Source of the DNA: Octopus sinensis
Taxonomy: Eukaryota
DNA length: 64,000 nucleotides
NCBI RefSeq assembly: GCF_006345805.1
Contig: NC_043006.1
Location: 24,986,001-25,050,000, forward strand
Reading direction: 5' to 3'
Shown here: positions 48,343 through 60,930 of the stretch, in pieces
Layout of the letters: every line of letters starts with the position of its first letter
How positions within the stretch are numbered: the first letter of the stretch is position 1
Notes under the pieces: model-generated
Databases searched by the model: none
What the model was told of the DNA's origin: nothing
The model's input: only the letters and a program-made list of their open reading frames with translations
Translations under genes and position numbers: made by a program

Positions 48343-48824
48343 TCTATAAAATGAAGGCAAATGTTGATACAAATTGGATTTTTATGTAAAAAGGGGTCTA
48401 AATGGGGCTGGAAGGGGATTAAAATTTACAGGAGGGGGTAGCTTGAGGTGAGAAATTGATTGGGAGACGTTTTGGGGCGCTACAGTGGTTGCTTTGCTGT
48501 GAAAACGGGGATATTATTGATTTTTGCGGACACTTGGGGGTTGGACACCTTTTGCTCAATTTCAATCAAATTTTCGACATGGTAAAGTGGAAGCAGATTT
48601 GTAATTTAAGCGTGGAAATCTAATTTTTTATAAAGGGGGGAGAGATAGATAGAGAAAGATAGAGAGTAAGAGAAAGCAAGGGGGAGTCCAAGGAAAAGGA
48701 AAAGAGACTGGGAAAGTGAGAGAGAAACAAAGAGGGGGAATGTGGCGATAAGAAACAGAAAGAAAGTAACAGAAAGTAACAACCACACCCTCACCTGCGC
48801 GTAGAGCGGGACACCTTAATCTAG
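48343..48824 (+). mobile_element. Complete non-autonomous Helitron (482 bp)
   Basis: A|TCTATAAAATG...CCTGCGCGTAGAGCGGG hairpin-ACACCTTAAT-CTAG|T. Confidence 0.75.
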
Positions 48825-48914
48825 TTTTATATAAATTACAATTTAATCAATTTGCATTTAGCCTTAGGTAATATTTTTATAAAATATGCTTCATCCTCCT
48901 GGTTATAGCCTATA

Positions 48915-49200
48915 TAATCTCTCTATATGTAAAACTGAGAATGTGTGTCTGTCTGTCTGTGTGTTTCTCTAAAACTGGAGAACTACACAACCAATTTCAT
49001 TCAAATTTTACACATGCCTTACTTAGGGTCCATGTAGTTTCATGGGCAAAAAAAATGTTTAACTTCTTGCCTAGGGCGAGCCCATAGCAATATCATATCT
49101 TCTCCATTATTTCAGTATTACATGTTAAAAGTGAAACAAAAACATTTCTCTATTTTATGTCAGATACTTTCACTTTAACAATAAAAATTAGAGATAATAA
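48915..49200 (+). mobile_element. Non-autonomous Helitron-like 5' portion
   Basis: Same family as 10030-10283 and 26950-27200. Confidence 0.6.
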
Positions 49201-50077
49201 TAACAATTGAATTATATGTATTAAGTAATAATTAAAATCAAACTAAAGTATAATATAATCGTAACATAACAAAAGTAAAAATAGCAATTGGTATAAAATT
49301 GCATCAATGTCTTGAACTTGAATAAGTGGTTTCACATGAATGGAAATAAATTAAAAATAAAATTAGCATGCAGAAATGGAATAGTCCAGATGGAGGTGTG
49401 CACATACCATTTACCACGGCTTTTACATTAGATTATCTGCTAATTAGCTAGCATTAAGTATCTATATGAAGTTTGGCTGTATGTAATGTCTGTTTTCTTG
49501 AACAGCTGCTTCTACTGAGTACTGCTGTTGGTTTATTTCTTATACATAAAGGACTAAAGTAATGGAAGAAATACAAACCTATTTCGGATTGATCACTGAC
49601 AAAGACGGTGAATCTAGGATAACACCACCAAACGAAATAAAAAATTAAATTAAAGGTTATAGGTTATAGGTTAAGATTGCTGTGACTATGATTACTGCTA
49701 TCTGTATCATTATATATTTTATTTTCCATTTTCTTTCCTCTCTTTCATTTCCCTTCCTTCTGCTCTGAACACTGACCTTTACTATTCTCTGTGTTATTTC
49801 CATTATTTATTTTACTCTGTATAATAATTAGCTGGATCTCACTTAATTAAAGCTAATATTTTATAAGTTCTGCAATAATTAATCAGTGCACTTTAATCAA
49901 TAAGAATTAAGTAAATGAATATGTAACTCTTGAATTTGCTATTGATGTCACTCCTTTGATGTACTAAACACGGGAGTTTGACACAGTCCTCTGGCTCACC
50001 AGCCCCTATCAAATCGTCCAACAGACATTAAATAGCGATAATGATGACAATGATGATGATTTATATATATGTATGTA

Positions 50078-51335
50078 TTAAGGTGTTCAGAAAGTAATTG
50101 CATTTTACCAGAAAGGATATAAAAATGAATGCAAACTACATTTATCTGAATCAAGAATGTGATTGCCATTGTTTTCAAAGATTGCAGCCCCAATGGGAAA
50201 GTAACTTTTTTATGCCACATTCAAAGAAACCTATTTCTCTTCCAGAAAAAAGTCTGAAAGACTGTTTTCAACTTCCTCTCTGTTTCTGAATGTTTTACCT
50301 CTTATAAAATGTTCTAGTGATTAGAACAGATGGAAATCTGTAAGTGCCAAGTCAGATAAATATGGAGGATGTGGAAGAACTTCTCCATCCTAACGATCTT
50401 ATTTTTTCTTGGGTTTGTTTTGAAGAGAGTGATCATGCATTGTCATACTGGAAAATTTTCTGTTTACCAAAGCTAGCCACTTTTGACATAATTTTTCATT
50501 TATACTATTAAGTTGTTGACAATAAACATCTGCATTGATGGTCTTTCCATGTTCCAGTTACTCGTATGGATGATACCTTTCATATTCCACCAAACGCAGA
50601 GCAAGGATTTTTGTGGATGGAGTTCTGGTTTTGGTGTTGGTGCTGGACTCTCATTACTTGTTAACCATTGTCGTTTTTGCTTTCTATTGTAATGCAAAAC
50701 CCATTTTTCATTACCTATAACAATGCGCTGCAGAAATGACAGGTTGTTATTCTTGGTTAGAAGACTGCTACAAATGGTGGAACATTGCCTTCAGTTCTCA
50801 AGCATAAGCTCATGTGGAACCCAAATTCCCTCTTTGCATGTTTTCCCAATTTGCTTGAGATGTTCATGGATAGTTGAACTTGACACATTAAATATTTGTG
50901 CCAAATCTCTGGTGCTTTGATGTGGACCTGATACAATAGTCTCATTCAAAAGGTCATCATTCAGAGTGGGTTGTCTTCCGGAGTGAGGCTCATTGGATAT
51001 GTCACAATTGCCATCTTCAAACCTTTTAAACCACAGCTGACATGTATGAGTTTTCACTGCATCTGAATACACTTCACAAATGTTTTTCACTGCTTCTGTA
51101 GAGGTACTTTTCTTTCAGAACTCATACAGTAAACAGTGGCAAATATGTTGTTTCATAAAGTTCTTATCCTCCATGGGTTAATTACCAAAATAACTATGAA
51201 TAACACACTGCTGGATAGAAGAGATGATATACTATTTCTAGACAGTTCCCGCCCATTCAACCTTGGCTCTGACATGATAGGTTGATTCATATTTCATGAA
51301 TGTGAAAAAGTGCAATTACTTTCCAAATATACATT
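50078..51335 (-). mobile_element. Full-length degenerate mariner transposon
   Basis: HTH region KNICEVYSDAVKTHTCQLWFKRF...GIWVPHEL; catalytic region PTPKPELHPQKSLLCVWWNMKGIIH; TIR cores AAAGTAATTGCA at ~50091 and its complement at ~51311; about 1.26 kb. Confidence 0.9.
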
Positions 51336-51544
51336 ACATATAAATTATCATGTGTGATAAAGTATACAATACCTGTATGAATTTATGCATAGTTGAATAT
51401 ATCAGAGTGTCACTTCAGAATAGTACTATGATGTGTTACTGCAGTACATGGTGTACAAGAAACGTTGATTAGTGTCGCTTATATAGGAGAAAAAATAAAA
51501 ACAGAAAATTTTTAAGAAGTAGAATAATAATATTGATTTCAAAT

Positions 51545-51680
51545 TTTGGCACAAGGCTTGTAATTTGAGGGGAAGTGGTAAGTTGATTACATCGACCCCA
51601 GTATTTAGCTCATACTTATTTTAGTAACCCCAAAAGGACGAAAGACAAAGTCAATCTTGGCAGAATTTTAACTCAAAGGG
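51545..51680 (-). mobile_element. SINE family D fragment
   Basis: Degenerate match to the family D core. Confidence 0.65.
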
Positions 51681-51954
51681 AAGAGCAAGAGAAAGAGAGA
51701 GAGAGAGAGAGTGGAAGACAACAAGAGTGCAAGTGAGAGCAGATGAGAGATGGTGGCAAAGTGCCAGCGTGTATTCACAAGGAATGAGGATCAGAGTATA
51801 GATGGGATGGTAGAGTAAAGAAGAAAGAGATAAATGGTGGCAAGTGTCAGGACACGCCCTCAAGGTATGGAAGTCATAATATACATAGCAGGGTATTGCC
51901 AAGAAGGTGCAAGTAGGGAGTGGGGGTGGAGATTGCAGTGACTAGTGAGACCCT

Positions 51955-52443
51955 GGATATAAAGAGGGGGTGGGAAAAGCAGAGATACAGTGAGCAGGGC
52001 AGTGAGAAGATGAATGAGGTGCAGGAGATAATTAAAGTATTTGAAGAGGAAGAGAAAAGATGCAGTTTGGGAGAGGTAATGTAGTTTGGTTTGTTGGGGT
52101 AGGGTGTCACCAGACATCTCAGTTCAGTGTCATTTCCTCCATGACATATGATGCATATGAATGAAGATAGTCACTGAAAGTGGATGGTACCTGTGGAAGT
52201 AGGAGACCCAAGAAGACATAGTATGAAAAGGTGAGGACCAATCTCAGGATGCTGGTGTTCATGGAGGAAATGACACTGGACTGAGATGTCTGGTGACACC
52301 CTACCCCAACAAACCAAACTACATCACCTCTCCCAAACTGCATCTTTTCTCTTCCTCTTCAAACACTTATCTCCTCTGCCTCATTCCTCTTCTCACTTCC
52401 CTGCTCACTGTATATCTGCTTTTCTCACCCCCTCTTTATATAT
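51955..52443. repeat. Inverted repeat, ~185-bp arms (inner 104 bp near-perfect), ~115-bp spacer
   Basis: 52041-52144 versus 52259-52362; the ORF track gives the same peptide on both strands (SGDTLPQQTKLH). Confidence 0.9.
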
Positions 52444-54321
52444 ACACAATTCACTTTTAACTGTAGTACTCAAAGAAGATAAAGCTATAAAAGTGTGTAA
52501 ATACCAGGTTAAAAACACTTTGGATAAAACAAGTTGAAGGCTGTGCATGGAACACAAATGCACATCTTCTGCAAGCATGACTGAAGCCAGTGAGAATTGC
52601 ATGTTGTTTATATCATAAGAATCTTGAAACATCAAAGTTTCCAAATTCATATGATGTAAACAATATGTGCATGTGTGCGTGTGTGTATATACAGGTGTGT
52701 ATTTGTCTGTATATGAGTATGTATGCATATATAAATATATACATTTGTTTGTGTGTGTGCATATATATTGAAGAAAGACAGGAAGGAGCTTCCTTCCAGT
52801 TAAGAAGCTGGAAGATGGGTGAAAGTGGTGAATGTCGCTCAAGTGAATGGGCCTGAACAAAATATGTGCAAGACCACAGCAAGGAGAATGCATTTCTCCA
52901 CGAATATCTGAGAGCAATCTGTGATTTTTGGAGTCCTCTGACTCGTCTCACATGTGGATGCCATCAGCTGGGAACATTTCTTTCCTTTCTTTCTTTACTG
53001 TAGTTCTTCTTTCCAGTTTTTCTATAGCTAACAAGAATGGTTTACAAAGGAAATGGTACCATTAGCAGAAAAGAAATTAGGTGGTATCTGGAGAGAGCTG
53101 CAGCAAGAGGTAATCAGTGGATGGGGGATAATTTAATAGGAAGAGTTCCACCAACCTTTTACTTTTGGTTTGGTCAAGACTTTGGTAGTGCAGGATGAGT
53201 GACAATAAAAAAGATTACTGGTAGCACAAAAAAAAGGGCAAAAATATATGTAGCTCAGATTTCTTTCACTTTCATGAGTATCATCTACATTTAGTGATCA
53301 GTGCTTCCTTATACAGATGTCTTCATATATCTGTATTACATGACCACATCAATGCAATCTTCTCTCTTGCATTCTATATCTGTTGCTTCATGCCCAATTT
53401 TACTCTCAAAACATTTACACGTTGTCATATATGCTCACTGATGTTACACAGCCAGCTTCATTTCTTTCTAGCCTTCACATACCCTCTGCATTCATGGTTC
53501 ACATTTCATTACAAAGTTGCATTGTTGATCATACACAAGTGTCATGTAATGTGCCTTTTACCCTGAGAGAGAAGCTTTTTTTTTTTATCAACAGCAGTAA
53601 ACTCACTTTGGATGTTCTCCATCTAGTTTGTATTCTAGCAACTATACTTTGAGAGCACTGTTAATTAGGTTACCTAGACAACAAAAATTGTCTATTATCT
53701 CTAAGGATCTTCCTGGGCATTCAAGAAAATTTATTTCCTATGTTCCTAGTGTTAATGCTCTTCCACATCTATACATCTGTTAGTCTTCCAGTGGTTCCAC
53801 TGTGCCTCTTGTGAGTCCATAGTTTGCACTGGATACACTATATGGAATTACTAGCTACACCTCTGTCTTGGTGCACTACAAGATAGGGCCACTGTTTGAA
53901 GAAGACAGCTCACTAACTGCAGATCCAAAGAGGATAAGTGAAGTGCTAAATAAGCAATTCGTTGTTGCCATGACAATCCCATCTTTTTTACCACATTAAG
54001 TTGTTTTTTTGTCTACATTATCCAATCTTTCTTTTCCTCTTTTTTAATTGAGCAAGATTTGGCTGTTACTTTTAGTAAATTAAGTAGACATACAGAAATG
54101 TGTCATTGGGTCATTGTTTTTTAATGTTGAGCATGCTGGTAGGTTTCATTTGTTACTGTTGACATTAATGTTTTCATTATATATATATATATATATATCA
54201 TATTGTTTGCAGTAAGGTAGGTGAAAGGGTAAGATTTTGCAGTAAAACATTTTATTCATGTCTTACCGGGATATAAAGGACTTGAGTCTTACACTAAAAT
54301 TGCTTATATGTTGTCTTTCAG

Positions 54322-54454
54322 AGATATCAAAGACCGGACAGTGCTGAAGATTCATGAATGTGACAGTGATCAGCCTCAGATCATCAAACCACTTCCAGAA
54401 ATCCGGGGCAAGACCATAGTTTCTTCAGTGCAGTCACAATCAAACACTCACCCA
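54322..54454 (+). CDS. SRCIN1/KIAA1217: Internal exon C (R-DIKDRTVLKIHECDSDQPQIIKPLPEIRGKTIVSSVQSQSNTHP)
   Basis: TCTTTCAG acceptor at 54321 completes the split AG/A Arg codon from exon B. RDIKDRTVLKI parallels vertebrate RNIQDRSLLKV. The donor CCA|GTAAAT gives phase 0, matching exon D, but is less certain. Confidence 0.85.
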
Positions 54455-55135
54455 GTAAATGTACATATACCTTCCAGCTGTCATCCAAAGGTTATGTTTC
54501 TTTATTTATTTGCATGTTTTGTGGTGTATGGTGTACTACTTCATTTAAATAGATTTGTAAATTTAGGTATTTGCATGGCATCCATTTCTGCCAAGGATGA
54601 GATTTTAGGTGGGAAGAAGACATTACATACAGCTACATATTAATTATAATTAATTTAAATATGCAGGGTGTTTTGCATCTTAAAGTTTTTTATAAGTTCA
54701 TCTTTAGAATCATAGAGTGCATATTTGTTTATTAAAAATTTCTTTCTATTGTGTTCCTGAAAGTAAATTCTTTTGTCTGAATTTCAATAAAAAATTATAT
54801 CTATTGACTGTACATTGAAAGTTGTGTTCCAACATATCCTTGATTATGATGACTAAAACTTATAAACTGTACAACCAAGTTTTTTGTTGGAAACAGTCTT
54901 ATAGTTGATTGAATCCACTTCAGTCCATTATTCGTATTACTTGTTTTATTGAGTCTTTGAGGATGAAAGACAAAGTCAGTCATTGAAGGATTTGAACTCC
55001 AAACAGTAAGGTACTGAACTAGATTATAATATTGTCTTACAGTGTAAAATGTTTTATATTATGAATGGAAAGAAGTGTTATATCATGATGTCTATAATCT
55101 TTCATTTTATTTATTCATTTATTTTTCATTTCTAG

Positions 55136-55481
55136 AATATGACAAAATCCAAGAGCTTACCTCCACAAAATTCTATAGCCTACCAACAACTGGCAAATGA
55201 AAACCAAAGTCTTCGGATAGTTGACCGTCCTCAGTCTACAACACCTGGTATGGATGTTATGAGAGGGCAATCAGGTATTGTTCCTCGTCATATGGCTAAC
55301 CTACGATTTTCTCCTGAGCGCCAAACCACACCAGATCGAGCATCTTTACTTGGAACTATTCCTGAAAATAGCCAACTCTCTCGTGGTCGGGGTACTCTCA
55401 ACGGTTATTCTGCTGAAGTTTATCCTGCAGCAACATATAATCCAGGATACTGGCCTACAGAACAGCCATATTCACATCCTA
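55136..55481 (+). CDS. SRCIN1/KIAA1217: Internal exon D (NMTKSKSLPPQNSIAYQQLANENQSLR...YNPGYWPTEQPYSHP), Pro/Ser-rich region
   Basis: TTTCTAG acceptor at 55135, A|GTAAGT donor at 55482, 346-nt open frame with coding-like composition, in phase with exon C. Confidence 0.8.
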
Positions 55482-55717
55482 GTAAGTTTCTTAAACAACA
55501 TATGTACCTCTTTTCTTCTTTTTTTCTACATATGTTATTTTTTAAGAGAGGTAAAAGTCATCATACTCATCATTACCACTAAATATATTTTTAATAGCCA
55601 TGTCATCATTAGAGGTAGTCATATTATGTTTATACTGTGTATAAGTATAAATATGCTTAAATATAAATAAACTATTTTGAATCTTCTAAATACCATCTTC
55701 AAATCACAAAAAAAATC

Positions 55718-56070
55718 AGCAGGAGTGGCTGTGTGGTAAGTAACTTGCTTAACAACCACATGGTTCTGGGTTCAGTCCCACTGCATGGCACCTTGGGCAA
55801 GTGTCTTCTACTATAGCCTCAGTCCGACCTGTCGTATATATGTATATATATATATATGTGTGTTTGTGTGTCTGTTTGTCCCCCCAACTTCGCTTGACAA
55901 CTGATGCTGGTGTGTTTACGTCCCTGTAACTTAGCAGTTCGGCAAAAAGAGACCGATAGAATAAGTACTAGGCTTACAAAGAATAAGTCCTGGGGTCGAC
56001 TTGATCGACTAAAGGTGGTGCTCCAGCATGGCCACAGTCAAATGACTGAAACGAGTAAAAGAGAGAGAGA
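55718..56070 (+). mobile_element. SINE family A (internal deletion)
   Basis: Family match. Confidence 0.85.
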
Positions 56071-57169
56071 GAGAGTTTCAGGTACATGTCCTAGTGGTTA
56101 GAGTACTTGGCTTGTAATCAATAGCTTGTGGGTTCAAATCCTAAATTAAACTGTACATTGTTATGGAGAAATGCATTTCATTTCACATTGTTCTCATCTA
56201 CCCATCTGAAAATGAGTTGTAGGCAAGTGCTGGTGCAGCTCTCTCCCTCTCCATCTTTGAGTTTCCATTGAGTCAAAAGTGAGAGGGTTGTGAAAGTATC
56301 TATGTCTACTCACAACTATATTGGTACTAATAAAAATTTAACAAAAGCATGGTACATGCTTCCAGGTCATACTGACTTGTGAGTGACAGGTATGTTTTGT
56401 TTTATTTCACAAGTTAAAACAGTTTGAAAATAATCTGAAGAAAATGTAAAAATTTTATAATCAAATTGTTGTTGCTAAAATTCATTTTAGTAGAAATACT
56501 TACCCAGTTTTTGTCATTCTAAATAAGCTGCCAGTAAAAAAATACACATGAAAGAACCAAGTGGATTTTGTTCATAAACACTTCAACACATTAGCTCTTT
56601 CTTGGCACAGTTCTCTGGCTTATCAGCTCCAGTCAAACTATCTAACCCATGCCAGCATGAAAAACAGATGTTAAATAATAATAATGATGATGATGATGAT
56701 GATAATAAATGCCCTGATGCAGTACCAAGCAGTGGCTTTCATGGCTTCTGATTTCAACTGATTGGAAGTGTTATCATGTACATTGTTTTGTCTTGGTATA
56801 AAAGATAGTCTACAGTAAATATTCTGCTCAAGACCACAGCTTTGCTTGTCAGTTATTTGACTATAACCAGTTGAGCATGTCCCTTAGTGGCTGATGATAT
56901 GTGCATCTCTGATCACGAGCAGAAGTAGTGGGGGAGCATCATAGCCATGTGTTGAGAGGGATTCTTTGGGGTTTGAATAATTCACCTCTGGCAACATGAG
57001 TGTTTCATTCATCATCCTTAAACAACCCTTATTCAGGGACCTTTTGAGTGGGATAGCTTACTCGACCAGAAGAAAATTCTAACTGGGCCCCACCTGCAAG
57101 GTCATGCGCTGTTTATCTTGATATGAGATCACCATGTCACACACATATGGTTGTGATGCATATTATATT

Positions 57170-58290
57170 TTTTCTTTAATTTTGGGGTTTTTGTAGGTTT
57201 GGTAGTCTTGTCAACCTTAAGGTTTTTCAAACATTCAGTGTCAGTTTAATTTGTTGTTGGATACACTCTTGGCAAGAAGGCTTTTTGTGGGAATGTTGCC
57301 GTTTTCTAATCTTTTCACCACATAGAATCGTTGAGATTTTCGCAGATGCATAGTATAGGTGGTTGAGATTTGTGATATCAACATCATTAGCTGAAATTAT
57401 ATCCTTAAGTGCAAGGCGGATTTTACCAATTATTTTCAGGTTTTGGTTAGAATTGCGGCTTTCTGGGAGAGTATCACGTTCATCCATACTGGTTTCTTTA
57501 ATTTTCAGCCATTCAATCATGATTTGATTTTTTAGCTCATGTAGTTCTGTTGGGTCAATATTTGTGTGACTTTCTTCATCTATTTGATGTTCATCTGTCT
57601 TAGTGTTTATGATTGGTTCAGGGAGTATTTCACTTTGCCTATCAATTATACTAACTCTTTCAATCCTTACTGCGTTTTTATCAGCTCTGGACTGGTCTAT
57701 AATTATTTCCTCTGTATTATCTTCTTTAGCTGTAGTTTCGTTCTTTTTATCCATTACTGCTTGTTTAATTTGGTCAGTCTCTACTTCAGTCAGTAATTTT
57801 TTTTTATAATGTTTCTTCTGATGTTGGCAAGTTTGTTACTGTCTATGTAGGGTCTTACTTCAGGGTGTTTCTGTCTCCAGTAGGTTTGTACAATATTAGA
57901 TTTATCTGTGGGGAAATATATGGCATGGTAAAAGGCCATAAGAACTTCATAATTATCTTCCCTAGACCGTTTTTCATTCTTTTTCTTTTGGTTATTTGAT
58001 GATGGGCATGGATGGCCATCTGCTGGAATATTCCGATTGTGGGGTACGTCCAGCTCCTGTGTGTCAGGAAGATTTGAACCAGTAGCTGATTTTTCAACCC
58101 GAATCTGGTTCAGTATTCGGGTATGTGGTCTTTTGTAATCTGATCGATGACCATTGCGGTTTGTAATTTGTTTTGTTAACAGTGAGGTATGACGAGCTTC
58201 GATGCTTACATTAGGAGACGGATCTGTCAGTTTAGAGTTAATTTTTTGCGACAACACCATCTCCGTGTTCTCTGCATGTAAACGTTGTTT
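57170..58290 (-). mobile_element. R4/Dong-like LINE N-terminal ORF remnant
   Basis: REDNYEVLMAFYHA...WRQKHPEVRPYIDSNKLANIRRNI...DITNLNHLYYASA; assignment from recall. Confidence 0.65.
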
Positions 58291-58369
58291 GTAGCGTAGC
58301 TTCTTAAGGCTAGCAGATCTGTATTCGTCTGTATTTTTTTTTGTTGATAGATTTATCTCCGAAAATAGT

Positions 58370-58990
58370 TTTTTTTTTTCACAGCTAATGAGGCCACTTT
58401 CTCCTCTCTCTCATTATAGATATAACCTGTCCACATCAATTTTGGGATGTAGACCCCCTTGTAGTGTCATCATTTTCCTGGGCTTTCTATGAAGCTCCTT
58501 AAGTTCATCACTTCTCCACTCTGTCACACCAGCACTATGTGTTGATAGCCAACCCATGTGTTGATAGCCAGTATCTTATTCCTACCAATTAACATTCTCT
58601 TTAACACCAGTTTAAGTTTCCATTTATATTCCTTTGATAGCAGCTTTGTCATTTAGTCTGATTCCAGGATGCCTAAGTACTTATTGCCATTTTCATCAAT
58701 TTCTTCCATAACTAGCCCATCTGGTAATATAATTCCTTCCATCTTATCAATTCTACCTCACTTCAGTAGTAGCACTCCACACTTTTTATACCAAATTCCA
58801 TTCCTATGTTTATGCTGAATGTATGAACTCTCTGTACAAGGGAATCAGTCTGTTTATAGGACTATCCCAAGAGCTTTAGGTCATCCACAAATAGCAGGCG
58901 GTTTATCTTAAATTCACATCTTCAAGTAATGAAACTGTTCTGTATGCTCTCGTTCAGTATGCAAGAATTGCTGAATGTGAATTTATGTCA
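58370..58990 (-). mobile_element. R4/Dong-like RT C-terminal remnant
   Basis: Minus strand encodes LLFVDDLKL...GIILPDGLVMEEIDENG..YLGILE...RNKILAINTW...LHPKIDVDRLY. Confidence 0.75.
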
Positions 58991-59029
58991 AACACCAGCT
59001 GCCACATATAGGATGGATTCAGGTATCAG

Positions 59030-60780
59030 CTGAGTCTGTTGTGAAGATCATTCCACCTATAATTAGCTTTTGTGGACTTGGAGAAAGCCTTTGACAGGAT
59101 CCCCCAATCCCTTATCTGGTGGGTGAGGCAGAAACTGGAGATTGACAGATGGTTAATAAGGCTGTACAGGCCTTTTACAGAGAGGCTGTTAGTAAGGTTA
59201 GGATTGGCAATGAGTACAGTGATGAATTCCGGGTAGAAGTTGGCATCCACCAAGGCTCAGCCCTTAGTCCCCTTCTATTCATCATAGTTCTCCAGGCAAT
59301 AACAAAGGAATTCAAGACAGTTTGCCCCTGGGAGCTCCTCTATGCTGATAACCTAGCCCTCATAGCAGAATCTCTACCGGAACTAGAGAAGAAATTTTGT
59401 GTGTGGAAGCTAGGTTTAGAATCGAAAGGCCTTGGAGTCAATGTAGCAAAGACCAAAGTTCTAGTAAGTAGGAAGGCAAACTCACCACATAGCCCTTCAG
59501 GTAGGTGGCCTTGCTCAATCTGTGGAACAGGTGTAGGTAGAAACTCCATAAGATGTACCCAGTGTAAGCTATGGACACATAAGAGGTGCAGCAATATCAA
59601 AGGAAAATTAACCGGGAAGATAGCTTTCATGTGTGGCAGATGCAAAGGGGCAATAGACACCATTGATGCTCAGAAAACAGATTCCATTACACTCCTGGGG
59701 GAGAAACTAGAAGTAGTTGATAGTTTCTTCTACCTAGGTGACCAAGTTAGTAGCAGGGGTGGATGCTCAGAGAATGTTATCACTAGAATAAGAATAGCCT
59801 GGGAAAAGTTTAGGAAGCTTCTTCCCCTACTGGTGACAAAGGGTCTCTCGCTCAGAGTGAAAGGTAGATTGTACGACGCATGTGTGCGAACTGCCATGCT
59901 TCACAGCAGTGAAACATGGGCTGTGACTGCAGAGGACATGTGTAGGCTCAAAAGAAATGAAGCTAGCATAATCTGCTGGATGTGTAATGTCAGTGTCCAT
60001 GCACGACAGAGTGTAAGCACCCTGAGAGAAATGCTGGGCATAGAAGCATTGGATGCAGCTTGCAGGAGAAACGCTTGCATTGGTATGGTCATGTACTATG
60101 GATGGATGAGGAGAGATTTGTGAAGAAGTGCCATTCCCAAACTGTTGACGGAATCCAGGGTAGAGGTAGACCCAGGAAGACATGGGACGAGGTGATCAAG
60201 CATGACCTTCGTACGTTGAGCCTCACAGAGGCTATGACAAAAGCCCGAGACCTCTGGGAATATGCTGTGACTTTGAAGACCCAACGACTGAAGTGAGTTT
60301 ATAGCTTGCAGGACGGCCTGCTGCGCTTGAGGAGACCTATTGTGTCAAGTTCATCAACATCAAAATAAAAATCGTATGGATATTGTAGTTGTGTTATTCA
60401 TGCCGGTGGCACGTAGGGCCTCACAGAGGAAATGACAAAGACCGAGACCTCTGAGATATGCTGTGACTGTGAAGATCTGACAAATGAAGGGAGATCATGG
60501 CTCGCAGATGCCAGCGCCGCCTGACTGACGTCCATGTTGGTGACATGTAAAAGCACCAACCAATCGTGGCTGTCTGCCAGCCTCCTCTGGCCCCTGTGCT
60601 GGTGGCATGTAAAAAACATCCACTACACTCACGGAGTGGTTGGTGTTAGGAAGGGTATCCAGCTGTAGAAACACTGCCAGATTGGACTGGAGCCTGGTGC
60701 AGCCTTCTGGCTTCCCAGATCCTGGTCGAACCGCCCAACCCATGCTAGCATGGAAAACGGATGTTAAACAATGATGATGA
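59030..60780 (+). mobile_element. 5'-truncated RTE (BovB-like) LINE with 3'UTR
   Basis: 324-aa ORF 59149-60123: GIHQGSALSPLLF, LYADNL, Cys cluster, YLGD, SETW; frameshifted tail RLHWYGHV..GRPRKTW; 3'UTR ending ATGATGATGA. Confidence 0.95.
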
Positions 60781-60811
<31 letters not shown>

Positions 60812-60838
60812 ATAAGCAGCAAAGATATCCAGAAGTAA

Positions 60839-60930
60839 TGCAATACGATTGTTTCATGCAACTCCATTTAATTGAACAATGCAATCATTTCATTACATCA
60901 ATTTAAAATGTAGAGCAATCTTCAGGTGCA
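60839..60930 (-). ncRNA. Extended-stem-II hammerhead, copy 3 (degenerate stems I and III)
   Basis: UGCAC-CUGAAGA-...-GAA-ACAAUCGU-A-UUGCA. Confidence 0.5.

Noticed and set aside
56700-57160. Repeat-like segment after (GAT)n
   Set aside because: Looks like a dispersed repeat, but there is no internal evidence (no second copy, ORF or termini).
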